From contig OZ240241.1 in assembly GCA_965198115.1 (NCBI GenBank), forward strand, positions 3,712,001-3,776,000: a stretch of DNA of 64,000 nucleotides, given 5' to 3'. Every line of letters begins with the position of its first letter. Within the stretch, counting starts at the first letter, position 1. A model generated the notes under the pieces. That model had not been told where the DNA came from and did not search any database. It saw only the letters and a program-made list of their open reading frames with translations. The stretch is from Candidatus Latescibacterota bacterium. Lineage in GTDB: Bacteria > Latescibacterota > UBA2968. Position numbers and translations under genes: made by a program. This document shows positions 41,495 to 52,600 of the stretch, in pieces.

Positions 41495-43453
41495 CTATCC
41501 CGCGACCTCCTTGGCAACATCCACGCACTTGGCGGCGAACGCGTCGTAGGCGGCCCTGAATTCGGTGCTGGTCTTCTGAACGGACCCGAATCCCGGCCAG
41601 TCGCCGGGTGGCATGCCACGCGTCTGCCATCCTCCGACGTCGACTCCGACTTCCTCGAGCAGCGACTTCAACTCCGGTGTCAGATCGAACCCACGCTGGT
41701 AATCCGGCAGCTCGTATAGACGTTGTGACACACCGGGGTCATAAGAGTCGAGAATCGAATCCCTGAGCGAGGGCAGGTCGAACCCTGCTTCTTCCGACGT
41801 CAGCTGAACGGCCCGCTGGTGATTCGGGAACTCGGTATGGCACATATTGGCGCCCAACGCTTGCAGCGTGTCATCCGGCATTCGCTTGGAGGCCGGCAGC
41901 ACGTCCATCGACGCTAGAATCCACGTGGCCTGAGCCTCGTCCACACCATGGGTCTCTTGCAGCCAGCTGATCCACTTGGGACGGTTCTCGGGCGCGTAGA
42001 AAACCCAGTTGACGCGACGCGCCACGAGATTTCCGGACTTTTGCAGATCCTCTTCCAAGATTTGCACCGACTCTGCCGACCGGCCGGCGGCCCCCGCCGC
42101 AGCAACCACCTGTGGATGGTCGATTCGGGGCATGCTCTTGAACGTGCAGATCGTCTGTGCTCGCTTCGCGACCGATTCGCCCGCCACGGGATCGACCCCG
42201 AGGTCGGCTGCCAGCGCATCCAGGAACTCGTGGGCCTTTCCTTCGCCCGCCTTATCGGCACATTCCGTGAAAACCCGCTCAGCCTCGACTTCGCGAAGAT
42301 GACTCGAAAACCGTCCGCCCATGTTCGTCTCGTACGTGCGAACGACGTCCTTGCCCGCCTTCGCAGCGGCGGCCTTGCCCTCGAACGCATCCAGAATCAG
42401 CTGAACTTCCTGAGCGACCGTGTAAACCACCGTGTTGTTCGACCCGATGCCATCACTGTTCAGAACAGTCGTGATCTTCCGCGCAGCCTCGTGACTCGCC
42501 GCCACTTTGAAGACCAGGTTTGGCGCGAGAGCACCCGACCGATCGCCCAACCCCAGCAGCTTGTCGTAGTTCCCGAGGAAACTCCCGGCGACCTGGAAGG
42601 CGCTCCTCGCGTCTTCGATGCTCTCGTCCGCCTTTTCCGCGATGTTCGGGTTCAGCTGGAAGCTCACCATATAATCTTTGAGCTCCGTATGAACCGCCAG
42701 CGGACGGAAAATCGACAAGTTCGGCCACAGGGCAATCAGGGTTGCGGCCATTGCAATCTCGTCGGCGTGGCCTTCGGGGTTCTGCTTCCAATCGTCGTGC
42801 TGGGCGATCTCTTTCTTGAGCTCCTCGGCCAGCCCGGGGTCTTCGTCGAACGCCTTCGCCGCCAGGACAGGATTTGTCGACACCTGACAGAACCCGTAGT
42901 GCCGCAGATACTCGAGTCCGCGTGCAAAATCGTTTCCAAATTTGCAGTAGTCCTCGCCGATCATCCTCCAGTAAACGCCACTTCGCAGCTGCTTCTTGAG
43001 CTCTGCCAGAAACGACCCCCCCGGATTGCCCTTGTCTAGATCGCCCTCGATCCGCTCGGCGAGAAGACCCGACAGACTGTCGGAGAGATTGACGGACTTC
43101 ATGTCGGCCAGGAATTCGTCGACGACACTGCCCATCGCGTCACTCTCTTCACCGGACAGACCCTCGATCGAGGTGAGCACGCTCGATAGGGCAGAATCGG
43201 CCTCGTCCGACCCGTAACCGACGATTTCGGCGTCCCGACCGACAAAATTCATCCCCAGACGAATCAGTGTGCGACACACTTCGTCGGCCGAGGCCCCGTT
43301 CCCCGTCACGGCGCCGATCAATTCGTCGACACGCGTCGACAGGGTGCCCGGCTCGGGATCAATCAGTACTCGATCGGCGACCGCCAGGCTTTGCCCCTGC
43401 TCGAGCGCCTCTGCGACGCCACTGGAAATCTGACTCATTCGATCGTCCTCCAT
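41495..43453 (-). CDS. Extended transaldolase-family protein (652 aa)
   Basis: STNP, VSFQLNP, NLVFKV (Schiff-base Lys) and NNTVVYT motifs. Confidence 0.75.
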   Translation of the reverse strand: MEDDRMSQISSGVAEALEQGQSLAVADRVLIDPEPGTLSTRVDELIGAVTGNGASADEVCRTLIRLGMNFVGRDAEIVGYGSDEADSALSSVLTSIEGLSGEESDAMGSVVDEFLADMKSVNLSDSLSGLLAERIEGDLDKGNPGGSFLAELKKQLRSGVYWRMIGEDYCKFGNDFARGLEYLRHYGFCQVSTNPVLAAKAFDEDPGLAEELKKEIAQHDDWKQNPEGHADEIAMAATLIALWPNLSIFRPLAVHTELKDYMVSFQLNPNIAEKADESIEDARSAFQVAGSFLGNYDKLLGLGDRSGALAPNLVFKVAASHEAARKITTVLNSDGIGSNNTVVYTVAQEVQLILDAFEGKAAAAKAGKDVVRTYETNMGGRFSSHLREVEAERVFTECADKAGEGKAHEFLDALAADLGVDPVAGESVAKRAQTICTFKSMPRIDHPQVVAAAGAAGRSAESVQILEEDLQKSGNLVARRVNWVFYAPENRPKWISWLQETHGVDEAQATWILASMDVLPASKRMPDDTLQALGANMCHTEFPNHQRAVQLTSEEAGFDLPSLRDSILDSYDPGVSQRLYELPDYQRGFDLTPELKSLLEEVGVDVGGWQTRGMPPGDWPGFGSVQKTSTEFRAAYDAFAAKCVDVAKEVAG

Positions 43454-43555
43454 CGTCTCTGAATCATCACGTTTCGTCAGCTCGGTCCGGTCGTACGGAC
43501 AAGGACAAACGTCGCGAGCAATCGCAATATACCCATCCCTCCGCCGCCCGCCAAG

Positions 43556-44362
43556 CTACGCGATGCCGAGCACATCCTTCATATCACAGATACCTGGGCC
43601 AGCGTCCCGAATGAATCGGATCGCGCGCAGAACACCGGTCCCGAAGGTGTCCCTGCTCTGCGCCCGGTGGACGAGCTGGATCGTTTCGCCGATCCCACCG
43701 AAGGTGACCGTATGCTCGCCGACGAGGTCACCCGCCCGCATCGCGTGCACGCCAATTTCTTCTCGCGTGCGCGCGCCGGTGTCGCCGTGACGTCCGTAAA
43801 CGCCCACCTTCGACAGATCGCGCTCGAATCCCCGTGCGACCGCCTCGGCCAGTGCGATCGCGGTCCCGCTGGGCGCATCCGTCTTGAAGCGGTGGTGTGC
43901 CTCCACGATCTCGGCGTCGTAGTCGCCACCCAGAATACGTGCGGCTTCCTCCACGATTCGAGAAAGCACGGTAACACCGACACTGAAATTGGGTGCGAAG
44001 GCGCAGGGAATGCTCGCGACCGTCTCCCTGAAGGTCTTCAGCTGATCGTCGCTCAGCCCCGTCGTGCCGACGACCATCGCCTTGCCCGCACTCGCGCAGA
44101 TCTCGGCGGCCACCAACGTCGGATCGGGTGGCGCCGTGAAAGCGACGACCACGTCCGCCCCTCCCACGATGTTCTCCAGGCTGTCCACGACGTGGTGTCC
44201 GGTATGACCGGTCCCGGCGAATTCACCGATATCTCGTCCGATGGCGGCGTTCCCGGGTGCTTCGACGCCCCCGACGAGGTCGAGATCCTCGGCCTCCTCG
44301 ACCAGATGTGCGATCCGGCCGCACATACGGCCGGCGATTCCTACGATGGCGACTCGTGTCAT
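43556..44362 (-). CDS. dapB: 4-hydroxy-tetrahydrodipicolinate reductase
   Basis: GTTG, APNFSVG and EAHHRFKTDAPSGTA motifs. Confidence 0.95.
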   Translation of the reverse strand: MTRVAIVGIAGRMCGRIAHLVEEAEDLDLVGGVEAPGNAAIGRDIGEFAGTGHTGHHVVDSLENIVGGADVVVAFTAPPDPTLVAAEICASAGKAMVVGTTGLSDDQLKTFRETVASIPCAFAPNFSVGVTVLSRIVEEAARILGGDYDAEIVEAHHRFKTDAPSGTAIALAEAVARGFERDLSKVGVYGRHGDTGARTREEIGVHAMRAGDLVGEHTVTFGGIGETIQLVHRAQSRDTFGTGVLRAIRFIRDAGPGICDMKDVLGIA

Positions 44363-44383
44363 CTTCCCTGGACCTCTTCGTGA

Positions 44384-45415
44384 TCAGGCGTAGACCAACC
44401 CGTCGAGCACGGCGGCGTCCGACAGCCGCGCCGACACATCGACTCCGAAAAACGATTCGATCGGTGCGAACACCTCGGGCGCCTTGTCGTGAACCTCTCT
44501 CGCGTTGTCGAGCACGATGTCCAAACCCGCTCGGTTCATTTTGCCGAGCGGACGGCGGCACGGTCCGGCCGGCATCCCCAGGATGTTCATCAGCGACTTG
44601 ATGGGAAGCGGGTTGCGAGCCTTCACGAGTGTCGATCCGAACGGGGTCTCCTCCTCCGAGGCCACACCGACCATCCCAAAGAGTGGGGCCATCGCATCGC
44701 ACAGTCTCTCGGCCTCGTCACGCTCTCCATCGAGCAGGGCCGTCGTCATACATTGGATGGCGCCTGGCGCCACATTCGACATGACGGAGATGACACCGGC
44801 CGATCGTATCCGGTCGTCCGTCATCATATCGAACGTCTTGTCGTCATCACCCGACATGATGAAAAAGTCGTCCCCGCAGCACGTCCTCGTCCGAGCCATG
44901 TTGTCGAGACTTCCCGTGGCTTCTTTGACCGTCTGGACGTTCGGGTATTCCTGGTGGAGGATAGCCAGATCTTCTGGCAGCAACTGTGTGCCGCTGCGCC
45001 CCGGAATCACGTAGGGGATCATCTGGATGGTCGGAAACGCTCGAGCAACCGGCTCGACGTACTCCTTCCGAATCTCGAGCGAACTCGGACCGTTGTAATA
45101 CGGATCCACCAGCAGCGCAGCATCCGCACCGGCGTGGGCGGCGTGTTCAGTGGCCTTCAACGTCTCATCGGTGGAGTTGCTCCCCGTCCCCGCGATCGCC
45201 AGTCCCTTGTCCTTTACCAGTCCGCAGATTCGCTCGGTCACCGTGTTGTGCTCGTCCCAGGTGAGCGTAGGGCTCTCGCCGGTCGTGCCGACGGCCAGAA
45301 CGCCACTCACGCCCTCGGACACCTGAAATTCGATGAGCCGTTCGAGTCCGGCTTCGTCCACTCGCCCGTCCGAATCGAAGGGGGTGATCAATGCAGTGTA
45401 GCATCCTTTGAACAT
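44384..45415 (-). CDS. dapA: 4-hydroxy-tetrahydrodipicolinate synthase
   Basis: GTTGES, PYYN, KEATG and SGDD motifs; AGGAG SD; upstream of dapB. Confidence 0.92.
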   Translation of the reverse strand: MFKGCYTALITPFDSDGRVDEAGLERLIEFQVSEGVSGVLAVGTTGESPTLTWDEHNTVTERICGLVKDKGLAIAGTGSNSTDETLKATEHAAHAGADAALLVDPYYNGPSSLEIRKEYVEPVARAFPTIQMIPYVIPGRSGTQLLPEDLAILHQEYPNVQTVKEATGSLDNMARTRTCCGDDFFIMSGDDDKTFDMMTDDRIRSAGVISVMSNVAPGAIQCMTTALLDGERDEAERLCDAMAPLFGMVGVASEEETPFGSTLVKARNPLPIKSLMNILGMPAGPCRRPLGKMNRAGLDIVLDNAREVHDKAPEVFAPIESFFGVDVSARLSDAAVLDGLVYA

Positions 45416-45444
45416 CGTTCGCTCCTGGATAAGATCTCTGCAAT

Positions 45445-45484
45445 AAAAAGAAACAGCCGGCATCCTAAAAGGAATCGCCGGCTG
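45445..45484 (-). terminator. Riboswitch expression-platform terminator
   Basis: CAGCCGGC...GCCGGCTG followed by TTTCTTTTT on the minus strand. Confidence 0.85.
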
Positions 45485-45535
45485 AGGCCGCTGTCTCAGG
45501 GGTACGGGCGATCCGAGGACGGAAATCGCCACACA

Positions 45536-45722
45536 CAAGAGAGCGCTCCACGCGGGACTTCCCGTGACACCCGTCGTGACAGTCCAGAAGATCTTATCGA
45601 CTGGACCAGCCCGCCGTCGCGGCAGATCGTCGACGGACTTCGGCGGGCTCACCCTTTGACCGGACACCAGATTCTGCCATCGCAGTGCCGGTTACTCATG
45701 TGGGCCCGCGCCTCTACCCTTG
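45536..45722 (-). ncRNA. Lysine riboswitch (L-box)
   Basis: AGAGGCGCG, ATGAGTA, AAAGG, CGCCGAAG, CTGG...ACTGTCAC and GTGGAGCGCT in canonical order upstream of dapA. Confidence 0.93.
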
Positions 45723-45779
45723 CTTGAGGAAGGCTCAAAGTAGCCACCCACATAGACGGGGTCAAGCCCTTTCCCCGTT

Positions 45780-47903
45780 TCAGTTTCTTCGTGAATCCGT
45801 GAGCTGCAGAGCGCGTGCGACCGTGTTGTAGACATCGTCCAGGTCGGAGAAAGGCTTGGCAAGATGAAAATCGAACAGACCGATCCGTGCGTCGTCGTTC
45901 GAAAGATTCCATCCCGTGATCAGGACGGTGGCGACGTCGGGGTCGATCGCCTTGATCTCGCCAACGATCGCGTTACCCGGTCGACCGGGAAGACCCAGGT
46001 CGATCAGGACCGCGTCGTAGCTTTTCTGTTGGACTGAGGACACCGCGCTGTTTCCGTCCGCCACGGTGTCGACCTCGTGGCGCCCTCGCAAGAGACTGCG
46101 CACCGCCGCGCGTACTTCAGAATCATCGTCCACGATGAGCACACGTCCCGGGCGCGTGTCCAGTCTGTCACCCCCCGCTGCCCCCTTCTCGATCGACTCT
46201 TTCGTCGACGGAAGCCAGATCGTGAACGTTGTTCCCCGTCCGGGGGTGCTCTCCACAGTGATGCGGCCATCGAAACCAGTAATCGTCCCATACACCGTCG
46301 ACAATCCCAGCCCACTGCCCACGTCCCGCTTCGTCGTAAAGAACGGCTCGAAAACACGCGCCGACGTCTCTTCGTCCATCCCCACGCCGGTGTCCTCGAA
46401 CGTCAGCTGAACACCCCCGGCCGCTTCCATCGTCCTGACCGTGATCGTCCCGCCCTTGGGCATCGCGTCGACAGCGTTCATGATCAGGTTGACCAGGGTG
46501 TCGTGAAGACCGCCGACCGTGGCCATCACCGCCGGCAAGGACGACAGGCGCTTGACGACTCTGACTTCGTCGCCGCGCGCTTCGGGTTCGTCGCGCCACC
46601 GCGGCCGGGTCGTCAGGAAAGCCTCCTCGACGATGTGGTTCACGTCGACGGGACTGACGACTTCGTCCTTGAGCCCACGTACGTAAAGGTGAAGACGCTG
46701 CACCAGATCGCGAGCTCTACGCGAGGCTCGAGAAACGATATCCAGATGCCGTCTGATCGCCTCGTCTTCAACCACTTCCTCCAAAATCTGCGTCGGACCC
46801 AGGATGCCCGTCAGGATGTTGTTCAGGTTGTGACTGACGCCCGCGGACAGCTCGCCGAGGGCACGTAGTCGTTCCAATCGCACGAACTCCTGCTGCGTCT
46901 GCTCCCGTTTGCTCACATCCCGAAAACTCCAAACGCGACCCGCGACCTCGCCCTCCCTCAAGAGGGGCCACGACAGTCGCTCGAACACCCGTCCATCCTT
47001 GAAGTGAAGCGTATCGACGAATTCCTGGTCTGTCGAGTAGATCTCCTCCAGACGTTTGGCGAAAGCTTCAGGATCTTTCAGCTGGGGTTTGGCGAACGTC
47101 AACATCTTGTCGCTGTCGGACCCGAAGAGATGGTTGGGCATTTGCCACAGTTCCTTGAATCGCTCGTTGCAGAGTACGACCTGATCGTCAGCGCCGACGA
47201 CCAGGATCCCGTCTTCGGTAGCCTCCATCGTGGACCTCAAAAGCTGCGCGTTGTCTCTCAGTTCTTCCTCCACGTGGATCCGCTGAGCGATTTCTTCTTT
47301 CAGCTGCCGATTGGCCTCCTCCAGTTCCGCCGTCCGGCTCGCAACCTGTTCCTCGAGCGAAGAGCGTGACAGCAGTGTGTCGAACACGCGTGCGACGGTC
47401 GCAATGCCGGAGGCCACGGCTTCGGCCGTCTCCAGGTGATCGTCAGAATAGACGTCGGGTGCCCGACTCGTGAAGTTGAACGTGCCCACGGTCTTCCCGT
47501 CGACCAGGATCGGGACGATCAGGTCAGACAACATACCCTCGGCAACACGACGACCATCGTGTTCGAACCGCATTTCTTTGGAGATGTCGCCCCGCAACAG
47601 GGACTGACGGTGGGCGATAGCCCACAGACTCGCCGATATCTCGGCATCTTCCAGCGGATACGGACGTCCGAAGATCTGCGTCCCCGACGCGCCCTTGACT
47701 CGACCGTCTTCGACGCGGTAGCATTGATCCCACACCTGCAGACCGAACGTGAAGCGATCGAACGGAATCAGCGGCAGCAGAATGTCATTGATCCGTAGGA
47801 CAATAGCTTCTGTCGGTTTTCCGCTATTGATCGTCTCGATGATATCGAGCACGGCGCGAGCCCGTTTGAGGGCAAGCGTTTCCGATGACGCAAGATCGGT
47901 CAT
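45780..47903 (-). CDS. Hybrid sensor histidine kinase (GAF-PAS-HisKA-HATPase-REC)
   Basis: SHNLNN H-box, N/G1/F/G2 boxes, C-terminal receiver. Confidence 0.92.
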   Translation of the reverse strand: MTDLASSETLALKRARAVLDIIETINSGKPTEAIVLRINDILLPLIPFDRFTFGLQVWDQCYRVEDGRVKGASGTQIFGRPYPLEDAEISASLWAIAHRQSLLRGDISKEMRFEHDGRRVAEGMLSDLIVPILVDGKTVGTFNFTSRAPDVYSDDHLETAEAVASGIATVARVFDTLLSRSSLEEQVASRTAELEEANRQLKEEIAQRIHVEEELRDNAQLLRSTMEATEDGILVVGADDQVVLCNERFKELWQMPNHLFGSDSDKMLTFAKPQLKDPEAFAKRLEEIYSTDQEFVDTLHFKDGRVFERLSWPLLREGEVAGRVWSFRDVSKREQTQQEFVRLERLRALGELSAGVSHNLNNILTGILGPTQILEEVVEDEAIRRHLDIVSRASRRARDLVQRLHLYVRGLKDEVVSPVDVNHIVEEAFLTTRPRWRDEPEARGDEVRVVKRLSSLPAVMATVGGLHDTLVNLIMNAVDAMPKGGTITVRTMEAAGGVQLTFEDTGVGMDEETSARVFEPFFTTKRDVGSGLGLSTVYGTITGFDGRITVESTPGRGTTFTIWLPSTKESIEKGAAGGDRLDTRPGRVLIVDDDSEVRAAVRSLLRGRHEVDTVADGNSAVSSVQQKSYDAVLIDLGLPGRPGNAIVGEIKAIDPDVATVLITGWNLSNDDARIGLFDFHLAKPFSDLDDVYNTVARALQLTDSRRN

Positions 47904-47933
47904 ACGTCTCCCTGACAACACGCAAGACAGATT

Positions 47934-48903
47934 CTACAGCTGCTGGATCCGTGCCATAACCTCGTCGTCGATTTCCAGCCCTTCAGCCTGACGAGCCGAT
48001 CGCTCCCGAAACGCCCGCTCACCCGGAATCAGAATCTCGGCCACTCCTTCGGCTCGTTTCGACGACTTGACCCGCGATACGAACGCAGTGACGGAAGCGT
48101 CAAAGTCAGCCTTTTCGATGAAAATCTGAGGGTCGATCGCCACAATGAACAGCCCGTAGTCCTGACCGGGCTCCGGAACGGGGGCGCCTCCCATCATGAT
48201 GCCCGTGAGCACCTGAATCATCACGGCCAGCGCGTAGCCTTTGTGTCCACCGAAGGGTAGCGCACCGCCCGTCTGCGCCTTTTCCGGATCGGTGGTCGCC
48301 TCGCCGTCCGGTCCTACGGCAACACCCTCCGGGATGGGAAGGCCGTCCTTGATGGCCATCAGAATCTCGCCATTCGTGACGGCTGCAGAGGCCAGGTCGA
48401 CCAGGATTTGCCCGGACGTCGCCGGGAACGCAGCGGCAATCGGATTCGTCCCCAGAACCGGTTCGGCTCCGCCGTGAGGCACGATTCTTGGATTCGTGTC
48501 GCACATAGCCAGACCGACCATTCCCGCGTCAGCCATCATCGACACGTAGTAACCCAGCATACCGCAATGACTCGTGTTGTTGGCCCCGACCAGACCCACA
48601 CCGGATCGGTCGGCGCGCCCGATGGCCGTCCTTGCGGCTCGATGTGCGACCAGGTAGCCCAGATTCTCCTGACCGTCGATCAACGCATAGGCCGCTCTCG
48701 CGGGCGAGTTTCATGGCCTGGCGCGGGCGCTCACCCACGCGATCGGCAATCCCGGGCAGCCGGATCATCCCGTGTGTCGCGCGACCCCGAAGTTCGGCCT
48801 CGACCAGAATGTCGGTCACGATCTCGGCGTCTTCTTCGCTGAGGTTCCGATCGACCAGAACCCGGTTCGAAAGATCTCTGAGGTGTTCTTCCAGGATTCG
48901 CAT
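47934..48903 (-). CDS. Ldh_2 family oxidoreductase, frameshifted near 48690
   Basis: THG in one frame; SHCG, GTNP and GGHKG in the next. Confidence 0.82.
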
Positions 48904-49066
48904 CGAATCGCTCGATTCCAAAAGTCTGGGGCGAGGCAGGGGAAGATAGGGGCCACCGACTCCCATCGCAACACAGGTAGGGGGGATTGGGGTTGCCGCG
49001 GGACCCCCAGCCATCCATATTTTGTGATCATACACCGACTTACGCTGACTCGAGACCCACATAGCT

Positions 49067-49664
49067 ATGGCTAAACGCATCCGAACCGGCCTTCCGGCAC
49101 GCCGGATTCCAACCGCCCTGTCGGAACACCAAAGAGCCGCGATCATCCGACGAATGAATGCCCTCAGGGGACGCAAGCAATTCGTGGCGGAGATCGCGCG
49201 TCAGGCGACGCAGGCGCGTGGACGCATCGACGACGACGTCTACGGCATTGTCCAGGCCACTCTCGAAGCACTCGCCCATAACCGTGGAGCCCCGCCCCCT
49301 CGTGTTTGCCGTCAGCCACTATCAGACAGGCAAAGTCGAACAGGTCGGTTTCCTCCCTCCGGGCGTTCGGCAGTTCCCTTCACGTGGTCGCTTCATCACC
49401 AACGATCCTCGCTTCTCCCGCGAGCGGCTAACGGGCGTAGATCCCGACGCCCTACCCGCCCCACCCCGACAGCTCGAAGGCCCAGACCGTGCCGACCCCT
49501 AATCAAGGCGTCGCCATCAAATCCTATTCGCCTGGCGAGCTACGACTGCTCGCGGCCGAGGGCCGACTCAAGGGGCGGGCGTCGATCAGCTGGTCAACCT
49601 GCGAGGCACCGCCGACGCCGACCGAGCCATCGGCGAACACGCCTTCTACGCCCTCGCTGCAAGG
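49067..49664 (+). CDS. Probable frameshifted N-terminal part of the giant peptidase gene
   Basis: Coding-like segments chain across three frames into the open frame upstream of 49665. Confidence 0.45.
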
Positions 49665-52600
49665 ATGTCCTGCTGGACCGATCCGCTCGACCTCGTTCGC
49701 ACGTTTCTCGCCCTGGCAAGAACACCGAGCCCCTCAGGCGAAGAGGACGCCGTCGCGGACGTGATCTTACCTCGACTCAACGAGCTCGGATTCGCGGTCG
49801 AACGCGACGCCGTGGGCAACCTGATCGCTCACCTGCCATTGACCTCAACCACCGCACCCAACTTGCTGTTCACCGCACATATGGACTGCGTTTACCCCGG
49901 TGGGTCCGCGCCAGTCGTAGCGGTTCTCCACCGCTCGGGCGACATCGCAACCGACGGCCGGAACAGTTTGGGAGCCGATGACAAGGCAGGCATCGCGGCC
50001 ATTCTCGCGGCCCTCCGTTTCATCGTCCACGGGGAATCGCCACACGGCGAAATCAGGGTGGTCTTCACAGTGCAGGAAGAACGCGGTTGGAGGGGCATCA
50101 AGCAGGTCCCCGCGCGTATCCTGAACGGGATTCACCTCGTCTTCAGTATGGATCCGCCGGTGCGCGTCGAACGGGACGAAACAGCTTTTATGGCCGTGCT
50201 TCACGCCCACCGGGGGCACCCGATTGAGGACCTGGTTCGGTCCGCCGCCCTCGACGTGGACGGGGATCCGCTGATCCTCTATGCCGAAGACGGCTACGTC
50301 GGTGGAGACACCATCTGCCTGTCCCCCCTGGGCGCCCTCGTCGTCGACTTCTGTTCGGGCAGCCGCTACTCCCACACGACCCACGAACACATCCGGCTCA
50401 TCGACTTCACGCGGCAGACGAGTTGGATGATCGCGACGGCCGAGCGCTTTCTGCGTCTGGATCGGAACGACCTCGAGCTGCGTGCCGTCTATGGCGAAGA
50501 ACCCATCGGCAACCTGACGGGTGTCCGCAAGCAGATCCCGCTCACACCCGACTTCCTCGCCGAGAAGATCGCCCAGGCCAGAAGCCTCCACACCCTTCCC
50601 GGTCCGAGTCTGGCAAACACACTGGCGCACCTCTCGGCGATGGCCCCGCGTGCGGGCGACCCCGACCTCCTCGACGCCGTCGTCCAGGCCTACGCGCAGG
50701 GCCTTCGCGTCGACCAGGTGCCGCAGGTTCAGCGCGCGATCACTTCGGCCCTGATGCACCTCGCTACGAACCTCGCCGACGTGCGTCCACTCGAACCGGT
50801 AATTCCTGTCGTTCGGAGCTTCATCGTTGGCGGAGGCGACGACACGGCTCGTGCCAGCGCCATACGGTTCCTCGAAGAGCTCTTCGTCAAAGAACGGCGC
50901 GTGCGTGTGAAGGAAGACCTCGTACGCACCCTGATCGTAATGCTTCAGAGTGCGTCTCCGACTGTAACGGAGTGTCTGACCAACTTCTTCCGGACGAACC
51001 TGGACGACACGATCCACGCGCTCACCCTGGCGTTCTGCAACCGTCACCGGGCGGGATGGGAGCGACTCACACGGGTCAACCAGGGCCGCCTCGTCGACGG
51101 TCGCAAGCGACGGTCCGACGCCCCGGGGTGGACCCTGATCCGTCAGCGCATACTCCAGCTCCTTTTGGAGGAAGACCGGCTCCTCCCGGAGATGCTCGAC
51201 TGGATCTTCACCCACGACGGAGGCGCCACCCAACGGATCGCGGTCGACTACATCGACCCGGGGAAGACCACGCGCGTCGCCGACCGGATCCTCAGAAACC
51301 TCAAGAGCCGCGAGCGCGGCGTTCAGGAAACAGCGTTACACTTCGTCGGCAGTCACCGAATGGAGCAGGCCATCCCGCCGCTGATCGACCTGCTCCTGAC
51401 GCCCCATCTCTGCCGCAATCGCAGCCTCGCCGAGTGGGCCCTCGACGCGATTGGTCGCCCGGCGCTCGACCCGGTCATCAACCGTCTCGGTGCCGACGCG
51501 GAGTACGAGACGTTGGTCTGGAGAATGTTCAACCGACACGACACGTCGACGGACGCGGACTTCGATCTGTTGATCGACAGGCTTGCGAACCAATACGGCA
51601 AAGCCTTCTCGCCGTCCGATCCGTCACAGGTGATGATCCTCTCTTATTACCTCAGCATCGACCCGTTCACCCACCTGACAGACCTCACCCGGTGGGATCG
51701 ACGTCGATCGATCGTCTTCTACGATCGACTGATGGAGCTCTACACGGATGGAGAGGAAGTCAATCGACTGGTCGAGCTGATCGAAGAGTGCGAGGGCGGA
51801 TCACGAACGTATTTCCTCCGAATGTCGATCCAGAAGAATCTGTTCGAAGATCCGGGCCTGCTGGCGCTCGTGTCACGCGAGAACGCTCGCTTCCTCGAAA
51901 ACTTCGTCCGTCTCGAAAATCAGATTCCTCAACACATCATCCTCGCGCGACTCAGGGAGTTCGCGAACGGCGCGCAGCTGGATATGCGCGACCCGAACGA
52001 CGTCGAGATCTACTACCTCTACCTGCTTCAGCAGAGCCCCCGGATGCCCGACCGGACGCAGTATCTGACCCACATCGCCGAAGCGGCCCGGTATCTGTTC
52101 CCGCCGTTGAAACCTTACTGCAAGGCCTTCAGCATTTCGGGCGATCGTATCGAGGAGGTCGGGACGGTCGATCGGGACCGCGTTCGCACGCTCATCGAGA
52201 GCCTCCCACAAAAGGCTTCGCGTTCGGAGCGTCTCCGCCGGCTCATTCTCGACAGCGGGCTCGCCAAACGCGAGCAGAACCGCCTCATCAACGGGCTGAG
52301 CGAGGCCATCGGCATCGACGTCAGCCCCTACAGCTCCGTCGAGGACCGCGCAGACGCTCTGATCCACGAAATCGACTTCGAATTCGACTCGGCCTACCGA
52401 ATCGTACCGCTCGTCGTGTATCCTGTCCTGATGCGCGTCCGGATGAACCATCGAAGCGACGGCGTCCTCAGTCCTCTGGCTGACTACGCGATCGAATTCG
52501 CGATGATCAACCACCCCGAAATCGCCGAAACCTTCGACACCAGCGAAATCGACCTGATCCTCGATGGGCTGAACGACCTGCTGACGGACCGGGTCTATGA

